A DNA stretch of 64,000 nucleotides, taken from NCBI GenBank assembly GCA_000320545.1, contig ADNK01001858.1, positions 398-64,397 of the forward strand. The letters run 5' to 3'. Shown in pieces: positions 13,652 to 28,509 of the stretch; the stretch's first letter is position 1, and each line of letters opens with the position of its first letter. Both the position numbers and the translations under genes were made by a program. The notes beneath the pieces were generated by a model. It saw nothing but the letters and a program-made list of their open reading frames with translations. It was not told the DNA's origin and ran no database searches. Source of the DNA: Bigelowiella natans CCMP2755 (lineage: Eukaryota; Protista; Cercozoa).

Positions 13652-15216
13652 ATGTCTAAGAAGCCTACGAGAAAGGTTGAGGACAAAATGCGTCCATCTC
13701 GGTGCAATCCCGAATGGGATTCAAGAACGAGGCACTACCTTGGTAATCACCAGAGGAGATCATGGAAGAAAAGGGATGGCGTAAACCTCATCCTTGCGAA
13801 GTATGCCAAAGGTAAAAAATTTCAATAGGAGTCAATGGTGTTCTCCTTTGCGATAGATCTAATATTTTTATTTTAGAAATGGACGGGAAGCTCGTTCGAT
13901 CGCCTGTGGAGCTTAGTCATGCAGCAGAGAGAATTCGGCAGGAGATAAATAAGAACTTGCCTCCGAAGCAACGCCATAAAAAGCATAAGCCCCTGTTAGA
14001 AATTTTGATGCGCGGTGCGAGAAATCCGGAATTAGGAGGTTCCTCTAATTCCAAGACAAGGAGGAAAATCAAAACGGTGAAGGGGAGGGTAGGATCCCCG
14101 AAGAGCAAGAACCGCTTGGAGCCTATTGCTGACAGTAGTTCCAATGCACTCGTTGAGTATAAGCCTCCCAAAAACGTCAAAGAGCGATTCGGGTGAGTGG
14201 AAATGCAGCATCAAATATGTGAGATTTCAGTATGTTAACACTTTGGATTCTCTTCAACTGTATGTAGGAAAGAGACAACGATCGGAAGGATCCTTAGTTT
14301 GGCCCCAAACTCCCCATTTCCTCTCGAAGACCTGCTAGAAAGGTCTCTTAAGGCAGGAGTATCAGTAAGCTCAGCACAGGCCAAAAAAATGAAGAAGTCC
14401 AAGACAAGAGCAGCAGCGATTTCACCATCAGAAAAATTTGCACAACATTCCTTAGAGGAAGCTATAGCAGCAGCGAAAAAGGCGGCAATGAACCAAAAAT
14501 CAATGGCCGAGTCTATCGGACAAATATCATTTTTTGTGGGAGACCATCTAAATCAGAGCTTTGACATATCGAAGTATCTTCTCCAAGCTCTTGGGGATAA
14601 CTTTGTCGCAAAGGATAATGCAACTCTAGGAACCCCGATGTTGAGTATCCCGTTTCAAACTAATGCAAAGGCAACCGAAAAACACATCCAGCGAGCCCTG
14701 ACAGAAATTCCACTAGTTGAACATGTGCTAGATTCAGACGCTATAGACTCTACGCCTACATATGAACTCCTGCATCCATCTCTCAAGTTTAAAGCGGTCA
14801 AAGTAACTCCTTTGCAGTACCATCCTAGATCAAAGGCTGCAGACATATCGAAGGGCGAACGGCCAGATCCTTTCAAGGGCACGAAATCTGTAGCGTTCCT
14901 GTCTAACTATAAAGCCGTGACTGGTCATCACGACGAGCTGCAACCAGAATCGAACATAGCTGAACTGGTTGATGATAGAGCTGCAACCGTGAGTCTCGAC
15001 AAGAAGGGATTGAAGATCACAACAGACTGGAACACGCGGGTAGGAGAGGATCCTGGAGACAAAAAGACTGCATTGGAGGCTCTTAATCTTGATTCTAAAA
15101 CAAGACCCTCGGTTTCATATAAAATGAACCCGAAAACAAAGGAGCCCGAGGAAGTCACAGACAAGCCAAGCCTTGGCATTGGGGACATAAACTCCGATGA
15201 TGAACATTCGGATTGA
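13652..15216 (+). CDS. Hypothetical protein, 3 exons, Lys/Arg-rich N-terminal half
   Basis: ATG at 13652 and two short GT-AG introns (~13812-13876, ~14193-14267) join in frame with ORFs 13879..14196 and 14299..15216. No recognised domain. Confidence 0.7.
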
Positions 15217-15958
15217 GCCCTTTATTTTCTTCCCCATGTTGCATTTAACAATCAGGGCATACAGGGGATATCGTAGTACAGTGAATATGAGAATACTGAA
15301 CCGTATACAACTAACATGCTTTTGGTGCTGCTCGCTTTAAGTTTAATCGTCATTCAGAAAGACTGATGGACAAGTTAAGTACATCTAATTTTCCGTTATC
15401 ATAGCATGCTATAACGATACTTCAGGATTTTGTGGACGACGTGAGACGGATGTATTGAAGTGATGCAATGTTTTCAATTGTCATCTTTATGTAGCTGTGC
15501 TATATGGACTTATAGTCCCTATAGTGCCTATAGCGCTTATGTCTTGTATCCATTTGTTTTCAGTGTTACTTCATGTAAAAGTATACACATGTCGCTCTAT
15601 CGCTTCGCGCATGTGGCGTGCAGCGCACGTGCACCAGTCTAGCAGTGCGCGCTTCTATTTCCGTTTTTGCGAAGCGTTTTTTTGGTCTCGTCATCCCTGT
15701 ATTAATGATTACTTTCAATTTTTGTGTCTGTAATGTTGTTTGATTGCTTTGTCGCTATGTGAGACGGCTGGCGATGAAATGATGTATTTTTCAATTTTCA
15801 TCATGGCAGCACATTTCGTGAAAACATGGACTGCTAGACTGCGGCGGCAGAGGGCATTCGCCATGCATGCGTGTACCATGTGCACCTTCGCATGCCATGA
15901 TAACAGTAGCAGATTGCACTGCATTGTACATTTGCTACATCGAAGCTGAAAGTAAACA

Positions 15959-16649
15959 CTAAGGTCGTGATTTTACTATAGACGAGGCTTTGAGAGTTTT
16001 GGCTTCATGCAGATCATTGCTATCAGATGAAGAAATCAATTTCAGGATCATTTTGGCATACTTGACCTCATTTTCAAGACTTTTTGAGTTTTGCAGAATC
16101 TCTTGGCATAATTTCCGAATTGCTTCAATTTTGTCTGAAAATGACTTAAAGAGAAGCACGTTTCAGAAACTCGGCTAGACGACAGAATGGATCGTTACCT
16201 TGCGCTCAAGGAGGAGCCCAGCTTGAGCTACATCCTACAGTGACGATCAAGTTAGGCCAAAGTCAGTTTCCCGATCAGGGTGCAATAGAAATATAAAAAG
16301 AAAGTACGAGGCTTGATTAATTTTATGAGCATATAAATACTTAGAAAAAAACTACTAGGATTCGCTGTGTTTCCAAGGAAGATCGATGCATTTGAAGTAA
16401 TTTTTTAAGCCGTTGGTGGGTCTCTCCGAAAACGGTCGCCACATTAGGATCCTCCGAGCTTGCCAACGTCGCCTCTGTTGCTGCTAACTGATCATCCGTA
16501 GAGACACAGGATGAGAGTTCATTGACATTGATAACCATTATCAATATTGACTATAAAAGTTTTAGATTAGTCCTTACCTGGTCCCAGATTACCGTCTTTG
16601 CACGTTCGAGGTGTCCCAGGACGATGCCTGAATTACACATTGAATCCAT
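15959..16649 (-). CDS. Small hypothetical protein, probably helical/coiled-coil, ~4 exons
   Basis: MDSMCNSGIVLGHLERAKTVIWDQ|gtaagg, followed by the ORF segments 16341..16544 and 15959..16159 with plausible splice sites. Confidence 0.5.
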
Positions 16650-16991
16650 TTTTTTGCTGCTCCTAAAAGCTAGCTATCCCCATCCTCCAAAGTTTAACCC
16701 GAGAACAATTTTACGACCTTGCTTGTTGACAGCCATAATCACAGCCCGTGGCTACGGGTGGCGTTTGATATCGATACTATTATCTATCTATCTGTTGTAT
16801 GATAAGAACAGGTAGCACGAGGTGGGGGGGGATCTCCGACGAGTGGGAGAGGAAACAGCAGACAACACTTACAACAACTTTACGAGGACGAGAACAACAA
16901 CGCTTGCATTGTTAGTACAACGACAGGATTTATTCGTTGTCGCAGGTGCAAAATATCTTGCAATTCCCCACGATAATCACCCAAGTTCTGG

Positions 16992-18351
16992 ATGCCTCAA
17001 ATCTCCAAGCATCGTCGGATGTGGCTTCGGCATCTGCTCGTGCCATGCTGCTTTGCAATCCTCGCCGCATACGTTGCAGATATCATGAACATCTTCAAAG
17101 GATCCATTGAATATAGTGTAATGTATTAGATTAGAACTAGAGTTGAGTGTCGATTAACGACAATAGCGATGATATCTTGATTACACGTAGCTCGAGTGCA
17201 AGAATGTGGCGTCGGAAGTGATGGTTAATAGCGAAGACTTTACTCTCTTCAAAGATGGGGTTGGACTTTTGTCCCTTACTCTTAGATTCGAGTACTGAAG
17301 TCTTTCCATGCTCTCTTAGATTGTGTTCGCAAGTTCCGGAGATCTCTACAGTTTGTTCAATACTGGTCTGGCAAATGCAGTAGACGGGGCGATTTTCGCC
17401 ATAGATCTGAACTCTGGAGAAGCACACTCAATCGAGCCCCCAAAATTACTCCAAATCGAGGGATTTCCGGAGGGTAAACGATTCCAACCCCACGGTAAAA
17501 AACACAATAAATGTTTCCCTAACATAATCTCTCATCGCTCATGGATGGAACAGATCAATACTTAACAAAAAAACACAGGAATATTTTTCTCGAACCGAAC
17601 AAGTCGACTCTACACAGTCTCTCATCCATTTCAAGGAAAGTAAGTTGCTTAATTGATGAGAAACCCAGATTATCATTCATCGGTTCATAATATTATACAC
17701 AAGAGGTAGCTTTATTGAGATATTCCACGTGAAGGAGAGTCCGCTCAGACTGCAGTAATACTACAAGTCTTCCCAAAGAGTTTGATTCCAGAATATGAGC
17801 TGTTTTAAGACTTGCTATTCTCCTCATATCCTCAGCTACATTGAGTCGATCCAGCCTACAGGGAACAATGAAAATAGTGTGATAAATGATGTGGTATGAT
17901 GACCCAGAGCAGAATTAGATCATGTTTCTCAAATATTACTAGTGCTACCACCTCTATTAGTACTTACCAGCATTACACAATCACTGTATAGTAGCACTTA
18001 TACTAGACATTGGATGTTTTGCCGGCTTGGTGCGCACTGATGACAAAATAGGTTGAAGGTAGGAGCGAGAATGAAGTGTTTGTCACCAGGTATATGCTGC
18101 TACAATGGCATGTACTCTGCTTCTTCCTTCTTCTTCTTCTTATTCTTCATGCTTCATCCTTGCCGTTTGCTAATGTTATCTGCGGTGTATAGATACAAAT
18201 GGTTTCAAACCCCCGTTGTTGGAGAAAAAGGCGGTCATAACACGTTATCATCATATCATAGATGTGTGTTGTTGATTGAAGCATACCACAGGAAATATCT
18301 CAGTGTGGGAAAGGATCGAAAATGTACATGTTCATGATATTGAGTTTTTGA

Positions 18352-18400
<49 letters not shown>

Positions 18401-20027
18401 TACTGGTGTTACAGCAAAGTGACGTTGGTACAGATTGTTCAATATGGTATGATGTTCTCACGGGGCACGTACGTCATTGGATGCTGGCGGAAGAAGAAGA
18501 AGAAGAAGAAGCAACACGGTCACGTTGAAAACTCACTCAAATAATCAAGATTATTATTCTCATTGTGCTCGTTATCTTAATTTTCTTTGTCAGATTACAG
18601 TGTTGATGATGATGATGATGGGCATGCCAAGATGAGTGGCTGGCAAGTGAGAGGACATGTTGAATATGATAAATTGATGGTGCATCTTGCATCCAACGTT
18701 TAGCTTGCAACCTTCAAGCAGTAATTATTGACAAATGAATACGATTGTTAGTGTGAGCAGGCCTCACCCCATCTTTCTAACGCATACAATGGGTAAAAAC
18801 AAACACTTCAAAAAGTACAATAAATATAAACCTCACCATCGATCAATGTCATGACACGAAAACACTAATAGTTCCTCCTCACCATCATCATACCTTGAGC
18901 TGTTCTATGCTTTGTTCGTTTGCACTCCTTAGTATTACTATCTCATCGGATCGAAGATTTGTGTTTGCGGTAGAACTACATCTATACTCATATCTATACT
19001 CATATCTATAATTAAATAACTCATGAGAATTCCTCTTACGATTACTCTTTTATCATTGCTACACTTATTATCATCAGGCGGAGAGCTTTAGACGACGTAT
19101 CATCATCTTTCGTGTCGTCACAGACAAAGAAGCTAAGCTCCAATTCGTCAGTGAGTTTACCTCGCCCCATGCAATTGACAATCTGGACTATGAAATGGTC
19201 AGCGCTGCTACCTCTCATTATCACATGTGTGGGCGTGCAGTAGTTCGGTTGGTAGTCTTGGAAATCTCAGTACTAGTTTTATCGCCGTGAGTAATGTGGT
19301 AGTAGGATGACAAACGTTGGTATGATCCGTGCTATATGTTCGTCAGGAAAGCGACGACCTCATTGCTGGAACGATGCCATTCCTATACAAAAACTACATG
19401 CAATGGAAGTAATAGTAGTAGCAGCAGTAGTAGTGTTAGTGTTTGATGTAGTACGACTAGTTATAATAGTGATAGGAATAAGGATAGGAAGCTACTGCTC
19501 CTGTTCTTGCGCCAAATATGGACCGTTTGCGTGTGCAAGTAGTGCGAATACGCTCATCTGTAAATACATAAAGGCTGCTGCTGCTACTGGTGGTGGTACT
19601 ATTTTCCTTCCATTTTATTCGTGTTCGAATGGTGACACTATCAGAATGGACAACTTCACTAGAGTTCCAGGAGGTCTTCTCAGGTTCCAAGGATCTCCAG
19701 ATGTGGGGTGTGTAGTTACCTCTTAGATACTATATATGACTCAACCATGCTCCTCGAGATAGAGTGGCGTTCAAATATAACAGTTTTTTTTGGCTGGTTA
19801 TTATCTCGATGCTTGCTAATACAGTTACCGCGTGGTGGAAGATTTGATTCATAATGGAAGTGAGAGAAAAGGAGTATCAACAGCTGTTCCATGGGGGGGA
19901 GGCAGGATAATTCTCGGTGGTCCGTTTGCTTCAGGAATAGGCGTCTGTGTTGCGCCCAGAGAAGAGAAAAACTCAATATTTTCTTTATTGTCATCTTTAT
20001 TGTTTAGCTGAATATTCGCATATATAG
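16992..20027 (+). CDS. Paraoxonase/arylesterase (PON-family, Ca2+-dependent six-bladed beta-propeller hydrolase) with N-terminal hydrophobic anchor, multi-exon
   Basis: Exon peptides in order: MWLRHLLVPCCFAILAAYVA, LECKNV..NSEDF, IVFASSG, GAIFAIDLN, FQPHG-IFF, LYTVSH, FIEIFHV, VINDV, AYNG-ITISSDRRFVFA-AES, PHAIDNL, HNGSERKGVSTAV..GRIILGGPF..IGVC. These are collinear with PON1 motifs. Confidence 0.85.
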
Positions 20028-20815
20028 CCAACCGTGAACCCGTGATCTTTGAAAAGTAAATGTTTTACTTTTATGGATTGCGCAAGTTTTCTCCTGCGCA
20101 AGACAATGAAAATGGAACTGCCTTTTTGTGAATCATCACATGCGGATAGTGGCTGCAACGCTAGGACGCTAAGCTCATCTTAAAATTAGTGCCTAATTAC
20201 CAAGCTGCGCTAAAGATATTTATTGCGCCAGTATAATGCGATGCTAGGCTGTTTGCATGTTGGATGTGTACCAATTTTGTCACGATTCACGTGAACATGC
20301 ATTGTTGCATTAATTTCTGCGATGTTGCTAGTATTACATGGTGTCTATCATGTTGCAGGCCACAGCTACTTCGATCGTCACACTATGTTCATGCATCATG
20401 CATGGAACTTAGCGCGATTATGCGAAGAATGTTAAGGTAGACTGGTTGTACAATTCAAGTTCATGTTTTAAGCTTTATATATTACATAGCATGCACCACG
20501 AGTGCGCAATACACAAAGACGTATATTATTAATAATTACACAAAGAATTCGTGACAACAGATACAACCGAACATCAACTGTTCAAGTGTTATGGAAGTAG
20601 AAATAGAGGTAGAAGTGAATATTCTATGAAAGGAATCAGCAAGCGTTTGAATTAGGCGGTCTTCATGTCCGAGCTTTGAACAGTAAGCATGAGATTGTGT
20701 TCCGTTCGGCATGTGTGTATATCTCTCCAAAAGGACAGACTTCTAACTCGGTCCTACTCCCTCGCATGCGTTCAGCTGTAGTATTCATCATCTGTATCCG
20801 CCGTCATCTTCTTAG

Positions 20816-23267
20816 CTAGATAGTACGCTCAACTTTACTTTCTCGAGGGGAAACTGCTTGAATGTGTGAGAGAGATTGCGCTCGGTTTGATTTGGGCTGT
20901 CCAACGTGCAGTCGTGTTAACGCTCTTCTTCCATCGATGCTACTCTCGCCACCCATTACTGGCGTCTGGCATGAAGAAGAAAAAGAAAGAATTGAGAAGC
21001 GTACAGCTTTTTAACTGTCTAGCGATGTCATTGCACAAAAAGTATTGAATTCGTTTGACGACACAAATCCCAAGAAACACCCTTCCTTCCACATGGCATT
21101 CAAGTTTTGACGTTTCAAGTATCGAATTATTGTTTACAAACCACTGGCTGCAGCTCTACTTCCTTTTCCTCTGCTATTATCTCCTATTTTTTGTTACAGA
21201 GAAATGGTTAAATGACGTTAGAATAAATACTTTCGTCTGAATACAAACTTGACACAAAAGTGTTTGGATTCATGAGCAATTCGCTGTTGGTATAAGGCTG
21301 GAGCTGTAAATTGACCTTTCCGTTCCGTGGTGACAGCCCCTGATTATTTCCAAATTTAACATCAAACCAGCATACCATCAGACAAGACAAATAACTCTAT
21401 GAACACGACTTTGCTTACATAACATCCTAATCATTTCTTCTACAATTTCTTCTGTATCATTAGATAATACTACCAAGTCCGTGTTCGCCAAATCTTCTTC
21501 GCCAATAATATCTTTAATATTACCCTGATTATTTATATTTCACCAAGGAAAATTAAACAGGTAGATTTAGTGTAATCACGTTTGCTTTAGCTGTGCCGAA
21601 GATAAGCATCAACAACTACAGCGCAAATAGTAATGGATAAAGAAATCAGTCTAAAACCTTCAAGCCTCCCCCCCTGCCAGCTTTATGCTCAAACCACACT
21701 TTGTCTTGCTGCAAGGTGGATGGGGAAATTAAAACACACCACTAAATCCCATTTGAACGTACTGATACATGTAGCACTATGATGCCAGTTGATGATGTTT
21801 TTGTTACTACCGAATGACTGGCTTTTCTGCTATGTCGGTTTGAGCCTCTACAGAACGACGATAAAATGAAGAAAGAAGGGTTATTGAGGATGGATGATAG
21901 ATACGACGCATCAACAAGTGATCAGTTATCAATTCTTTCGTACATTTCCTGCCTTTGCGCTTGGAGCTGCGATGGCATCTTCAGTACCAAACTCAGAATA
22001 CTTGAGCGTCCAGATTTTCCCATCTTCATTTCCTTTTGTAAAGACACAAGAAGGAATAAATAATGAGTGAAAAGAACTTGAGTTGAACAAAGATACGAAC
22101 GACCGCGACAACGAGTATCTACCTCCATAAGCTGCGCATATTTGGAATGGCTGCCACCCAACAGAATCACCCGAATGAAATCCTGGAAGAAATAGAGGCC
22201 ATGAAGCCAAAATTAATTAAGCATTGCTTATAATTCTAATATGAACAGCAGCAGCAGCAGCAGCAGTGAGCTGATGATTATGTACAGTACTTACATCTGG
22301 CGTGATATTTCCCTGATGTTTCTCATCGATCAAGCTCCATAACCGCTGCAACAAGCAAGATGATAGGGAAGTATAGAGAAGGGAAAGAGAGGAGGAGAAG
22401 ATATGACGGAAAGCTGACGTCAATATTAAACAAATACACACGCACATAAATCTACCATAAATCATCAGCGTCTTTTAGTATCATCAGTATCATAGCTCAC
22501 ATCACCATCCTCTTCCTTCCTCATCCACTTTCTTAAAAGTAAATTCTCGTAGTAGATGAATCGTCTCCAACTATCATACTATTACAACGACGACCTTGAA
22601 ATGCCTGTCGGTGATACTCACGTACAATCCTGTTATTAACATACATATGAGGGAGCAAAGAAGCATCTTGGACGATCCACCATTCTTTGCATGGTTGGTG
22701 AGCTTCATCATTATAACCATCATGGAGATCGTTTATTCTCCTGAGAAAAGAGATGTTCTTACCCTTTTTTCGCATCCATGTTTTGAGTTCTTCTGGTAGC
22801 ACCCGCCCATCCCCTTTTGACATGCACGTGATACGATATAGGAAGGAGGAGAAGGAGGAGGAGGAGGAGGAGTATGACGAAAGGAACACATTTAAAAACA
22901 CCACACACAGATAACGATAATAAAGATTCATTAATAGATGCTCTCTTTCTTTTCGAAACAGCGGCTGAATGGAAGGCTGCTGCTACTATCATCCTCCTCC
23001 TCCTCCTCATCATCATCCTACCGTCTATATCCAAGTCACGAAAGGCCATTGTGACAGCCTCAGAGACCTATGTGCAAACACACCATTGCTGTCTCTCTTC
23101 ATTCTTATAACCATGAAGCTTGATATGTCTGCAGTGTTCGTGGTTCTTCGCTTGGTTTGTTTCCATGCTGCTTTGAGTCAGAAGCTGATGACAGAACAAA
23201 GTATGTTGCTGTGTTCCTTACCTTCAAGTTCGCATTTTCCTCAAAGAGTCCTTGCAGCCCTGAGTAG

Positions 23268-23309
<42 letters not shown>

Positions 23310-23829
23310 AGCAATTTTATGGTGATGATTATACTCTCTCTCTCTCTCTCTCCCTCCCTCCCTCTCTTAAAGCACGACATGTTCATTTGAAATAACGCTG
23401 ACTACACAAATGTTCTATTCTGTGAAAGATGCATCATCAATTTGTCCAAGATTTGAGAAGTGACCGTCACGAACGCTTCGAATGATCATTTCGTCCTTAT
23501 GTGCGGCAGCAATTGTCTCTAATATTTGAAAGCAAAAATATGAGAGAGAATGGCTGCTGATGAAGGAGTCGTAAAGAATAAAACATTGTAATTGTTCAAA
23601 TAGAATGAAGAGAAATAACAAAGCATTGAGGAGCACGACGACTATCGTAAGAAATCCAAGACTATTTTGGTTCCTAATTGTGCTCGATTATGACATCCAA
23701 GAGATCGATCATATTTTAAGTCTGCTTCTCCCACCTGCTAGCACAGAGTCAATGAAATCATCAGGCCCAGTAATTGCGTGCGCGAGGAAGTAAGGCTCCT
23801 AATATATAAGAAATAACAAGAGAGTAGAG

Positions 23830-23875
<46 letters not shown>

Positions 23876-23957
23876 GGGAACAACAACACGAAGAAGGTAT
23901 GCCCAAGGTGTATTTGTATTCATTTCCATGCACGTATCATGAAGAGAATGTTCATTT

Positions 23958-23995
<38 letters not shown>

Positions 23996-24932
23996 GTGTA
24001 TATAGCAAAGCATTTGTTTTCCTTGTATTACTGATACGACAGTAACATATAAAATCGTTGATTATTATCGTTATTCCATTCTATGTGATGATGTTGATTT
24101 CGATCACCAAGAGTATTGGAATAAATATGAAAACGAAGCTCACGCACGGCAGCAACATTAGGAAGATCACGAAGAAGTTCCTAATGATTAGAGGAAGGAC
24201 TACTTTTTAAGATAAATCGAATGCATGCCATGTCTACATGACAGCGTTTGCATACATCAATATTTCCTAACCCCTTTCTTCCCAGCCATCTTTCACTCAC
24301 TATCATGCGAATATACATATACACATATGTATATATATGTGTGTGTGTGTGTGTATAATGATATGTTCGACTGGACATATTTAAAGAATATTTTGGAAAT
24401 AATACAGCCTTTTCCCCCTACTATTTTCTTCGTTGTTGCATGCATATTGCCTCGTTCTAATATTTCACAGTACCATCCCGCTGGAATAAGAACGTAGGCT
24501 TCTCGCGCAAATATCTAGGAGGAACAAAACATTACATAGTGTGACCAAATATGTAAGAACCATATGCCGATGTATAGTATCTATAGTGAAGGATGTGACG
24601 AGAAGGACAAACTGAGCTTTTCAACTGTCAATAAGCTTGCACGCTCCTTTATCATGATATCTCAACATATGCAGCAAGGAATGCCGCTGCGTGAATTACC
24701 ATAATGAAGAGACCGATATAGACGCATTGGAAAAAGAGCATCACCTAGTGACATTGTGAAGAATAAGAATAAGAATAATAACTATTCAGTTGCCACGAAC
24801 GAATCTGACTGATTTCATCAACACTATATACCTCAACAACATTTGATATCATTCCGTGATGACACCGCCATAACTTGAGCGCGCTGGTCTCTGTGTCAGA
24901 CTTTCTCTGTTCAGATCAAGGCAAATGTCATC

Positions 24933-24969
<37 letters not shown>

Positions 24970-26751
24970 GCTTTATATATATATATATATATATATTTAT
25001 TTATTTATTTATATACACATCACACGTTCCTTCCCCCACAGCACCTGTAATCTCTACACAGATAGAGGGCTAGCATTGAATTGTTGAAATTACCTGCCCA
25101 GACATCGTTCCAAATACCTGCAGATTGACTGCTGTCTCCCCGACATTCATAGGTGTAATTGTACCACGGTGCTTTCTCTCCCCGATCGGTCTGCCAACAC
25201 ACATCGGGTTGCGTTGTGCGTGTAAAGTATCTATTTGTTTTTGGGACTAGTAGTATGAACAGCAGTGTGATAGTCGTTGTATTTCTATTGTTACTGTTGT
25301 TGTGGTGGTAGTTAGGAAACCGTGTAGAGTTGATGCTGCTGCTGCTGCTGCTGCTGTTCCGATTGGTTGGTTTGGGGTCGTGTACACTGTTCAGCTGCTG
25401 CTTTCGTGCCTGCTGCTCTTGCTGATGATCTTTTTATCGATGGCAAATGAAGTGTAGAAGGCGAATTTGTTTTTTTTAATACACAACGCACACACATACA
25501 CACACACATACACACACACACACGCACAAAGAAAAAATATTTTGTTTAAATATGTGTGTATGTGTGTGTGTGTGTGTGTGTGAGCGCAGCCGCGCTTATT
25601 GTTATCATATGACGAGTGCAGTTGCCAATACCTTTAAAAGATTCTCTCACATTTCGCGAAGATCTCATCCAGTATACACTTTTCTTCAAGCTCTGTAAGC
25701 AAGGAAGAGGAGGAGGAGGAGGAGAAGCAGAAGGGCGAGAGTAATAGTAATTCAATAATTATGACCAAGATAGGGGATTCAAGTTGTTGAAGTTGTGAAT
25801 CAAAATTTCTGTACGTACGATTTTTTGTTGAGATGCGAGCTCCATAGCATCTTTTCGGGCACGCTCCTCTTCGACTATTCGTTGCTTTACGGTATGAGCT
25901 TCCCAAATCTTGATGATGCGTGATTTGAATTAGAATTGATGAGGATGAGTAGCGGAAAGAGCCAGAAAGTGTATGAGAAAAATAAGGATTAAGATGAAAC
26001 CTACAGCAGCTCAAAAAAGCTACTACAAAGTAAGAACTGAAATGAGGGTAGTAGTGTAACATCAGGAAGATGCAACAAGTAAAACTTATCGATCGTACTT
26101 AGAAAAATGGTGTCGGTGAGGTTATAAATCACTGCTGTTATTACCATGGTGGGAGACACTGTGAACACGAATACGTTTCCTACCATGACAAATACTGCAG
26201 GAGGAAAGGAGCAGTACAGAAGAGAGGAGGAGGGGGGAGGGGGAGATTTCTTATCTATTAATGTAGGTTCAATTTGTTTATAAGTGCAACTCACCGAAGA
26301 GAAGAACTTCTCTCTGCTGACAGTTGTCGCCGCATGTCGCCAAAAATATATTTTCCACCGCAATCGCAAATACTGATGTTGATGGTGAGGGGCAAGATTA
26401 AGAAGAGGGTGATGATGATGCTGCTGGAAGTGACCAGAATAGCGAATAAAACGATAAATTACATGTTGATTTTTTAAAGAGCAAGCCAAATCTACAAGAT
26501 TTATTTCGTGTGTGCGCTGTATGTTAGCCGTATATTATTTGGAGGGAGAGGAAAGTGAAACGCTAGCAAAATTGGTGCAAACATAGTAAAATTAACAATA
26601 CAAGTTGATACATGAGATGTACAAAATAAATTTACGTATTTAAATGATGACGACTTACAGCATGTTGCAATGCCAAGCGCCCATGTGGAGTTTCTAAGCG
26701 TACACATAAACAATATCATACAAAAAGTAAACAAATAGGCGTTCACACGCA

Positions 26752-26791
<40 letters not shown>

Positions 26792-28509
26792 CACACACGA
26801 GATGAGGATAATTATTTTCTGGGGAAAGAAGCATGGGTAGTCCTCCTTACGGACTTTATGTGGATAAGATGCAGCATTTCATGCTCGAGTGCCCGCCGAA
26901 TATATCTTGTTGTCAATGATAGGAAACACAATATTACTGACCAATGATTATGTTTACGAGAGGATGATGATGAAAAAGGTTCAATGCACAACATGCATAT
27001 GTAAAAGTATAATCAAATGCCTATTTTGCACTAGTCGACCCTCCTCCTCTGTGCGCGTATACACACACGCACGCACTCACAACACACAAATACATGCATT
27101 TACACCCGTATCTGAGCATCCGCAAATTAATCACAACTTATTTATAACGTTGGGAGTAATAATAGATATATTCTATGTATGCTTTGTCTGCAGAATGCAA
27201 GTGATACATATTATATTGTAATTTCACTTACAGCACGAAATTGAATTTCCTCTTTTCAATATCTGGCCTTCGGTTGAGGAAGTACCTAGTAAAATTAAAT
27301 TCAAAAGCTTAGATGCTGAGTAAATATTATAATGAGTCTTTCGGGGTGGGGGGGGGGGGGTTAAGGAAGGGGCTTCATGACAAAAGCATTTACTCTCTAG
27401 CTCAAGTAACAGTGTGTGACGACACATAAACAGCAGCAAAATCGCCATTCATCGTAATCTTCTTTGATTCTATTGAGGTATTGTTATTTTATGCTGACTG
27501 ACTCTCCTAAATAGAAGAGCTCCAATGCTTTTGGATCTGCAAGTTTTAGTTTTTCAGCTAACTTCTTCCCCCCTATCCGTGTGATAGAAGACATCTACAC
27601 ACACACGCACACACAATCTTGTCGTGAGAGGAACAATAAAAGATGAATAGAGAAAGAGAGAGAGATTGTTATGAAGGGGAGAAGAAATCAAGGTATCTTC
27701 TCTTCTAGTTCATTCCTACAACATGGCTACATACCACCCACTATAAGTGATAATACTACCTTAGATTTCATCGGATCGTAGTCTTCTCGTGCCTTTTGGT
27801 TGATGTAAAGAGCAGTAGTTGCATATGATGGCAATTAGAAAGCGGCGGGGTATTACTACATATGATTGAAATAGTGTAGTAGTATTATGATGATGATGAT
27901 GATGATGATGATGATGGTAGTGAAAATGATGGTAGTGAAAATGATGGTGGTGAAAATGATGATGGTGATGATGATAGTAGTGTGATGACGACCAGGCTCC
28001 AGATTGTTGCCTGAATCTTCTCATATTTGGATGGCACTCCTTTCACCAGCTGATTGGCCAATAATCACGTCGTTATTGGGGGAGAGCACGAAGATTAAGC
28101 CGAAAATGTTAGACATCAATTATCATACATGTATTATCTTGGCCGAACCATGCTACGTATTCTAGCGATGTATTATTTTCTGAATCTATTAGAACACTGC
28201 CATTACCTTGTAGAGGACGTAAGTGTGTAGTACATAGTTGAGACCGAAAGCGAGCAGCACAAAATGAGCAATTTCGACCAAATGTAGAGTGTTCAGATCC
28301 TGTGATATGCAAGCAGATAACGACGACGACATATTTTAAATGACCTATGAACAGTAACGTCGCGGGGATCATGGATTATGTTTCTGTTGAGATTCTCCGC
28401 CCCTCCCATGATTTCGATTCATAGCATCATTGTATGTCATCATTTAAACCAGATCGCTGCACTTGAAATTTGAATATTACATTATCATTGTATGTGTACA
28501 CTCATACAC

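Noticed and set aside
24530-24585. ILYIGIWFL segment as a mutually exclusive duplicate of the MLO exon VYIGLFIM
   Set aside because: The flanking exons join in frame without it, and the similarity is too short to distinguish from chance.
27888-27980. Three ~18-bp units (gatggtagtgaaaatgat) as a CRISPR-like or regulatory array
   Set aside because: There are no spacers. It is a local minisatellite derived from a (GAT)n tract in an intron.
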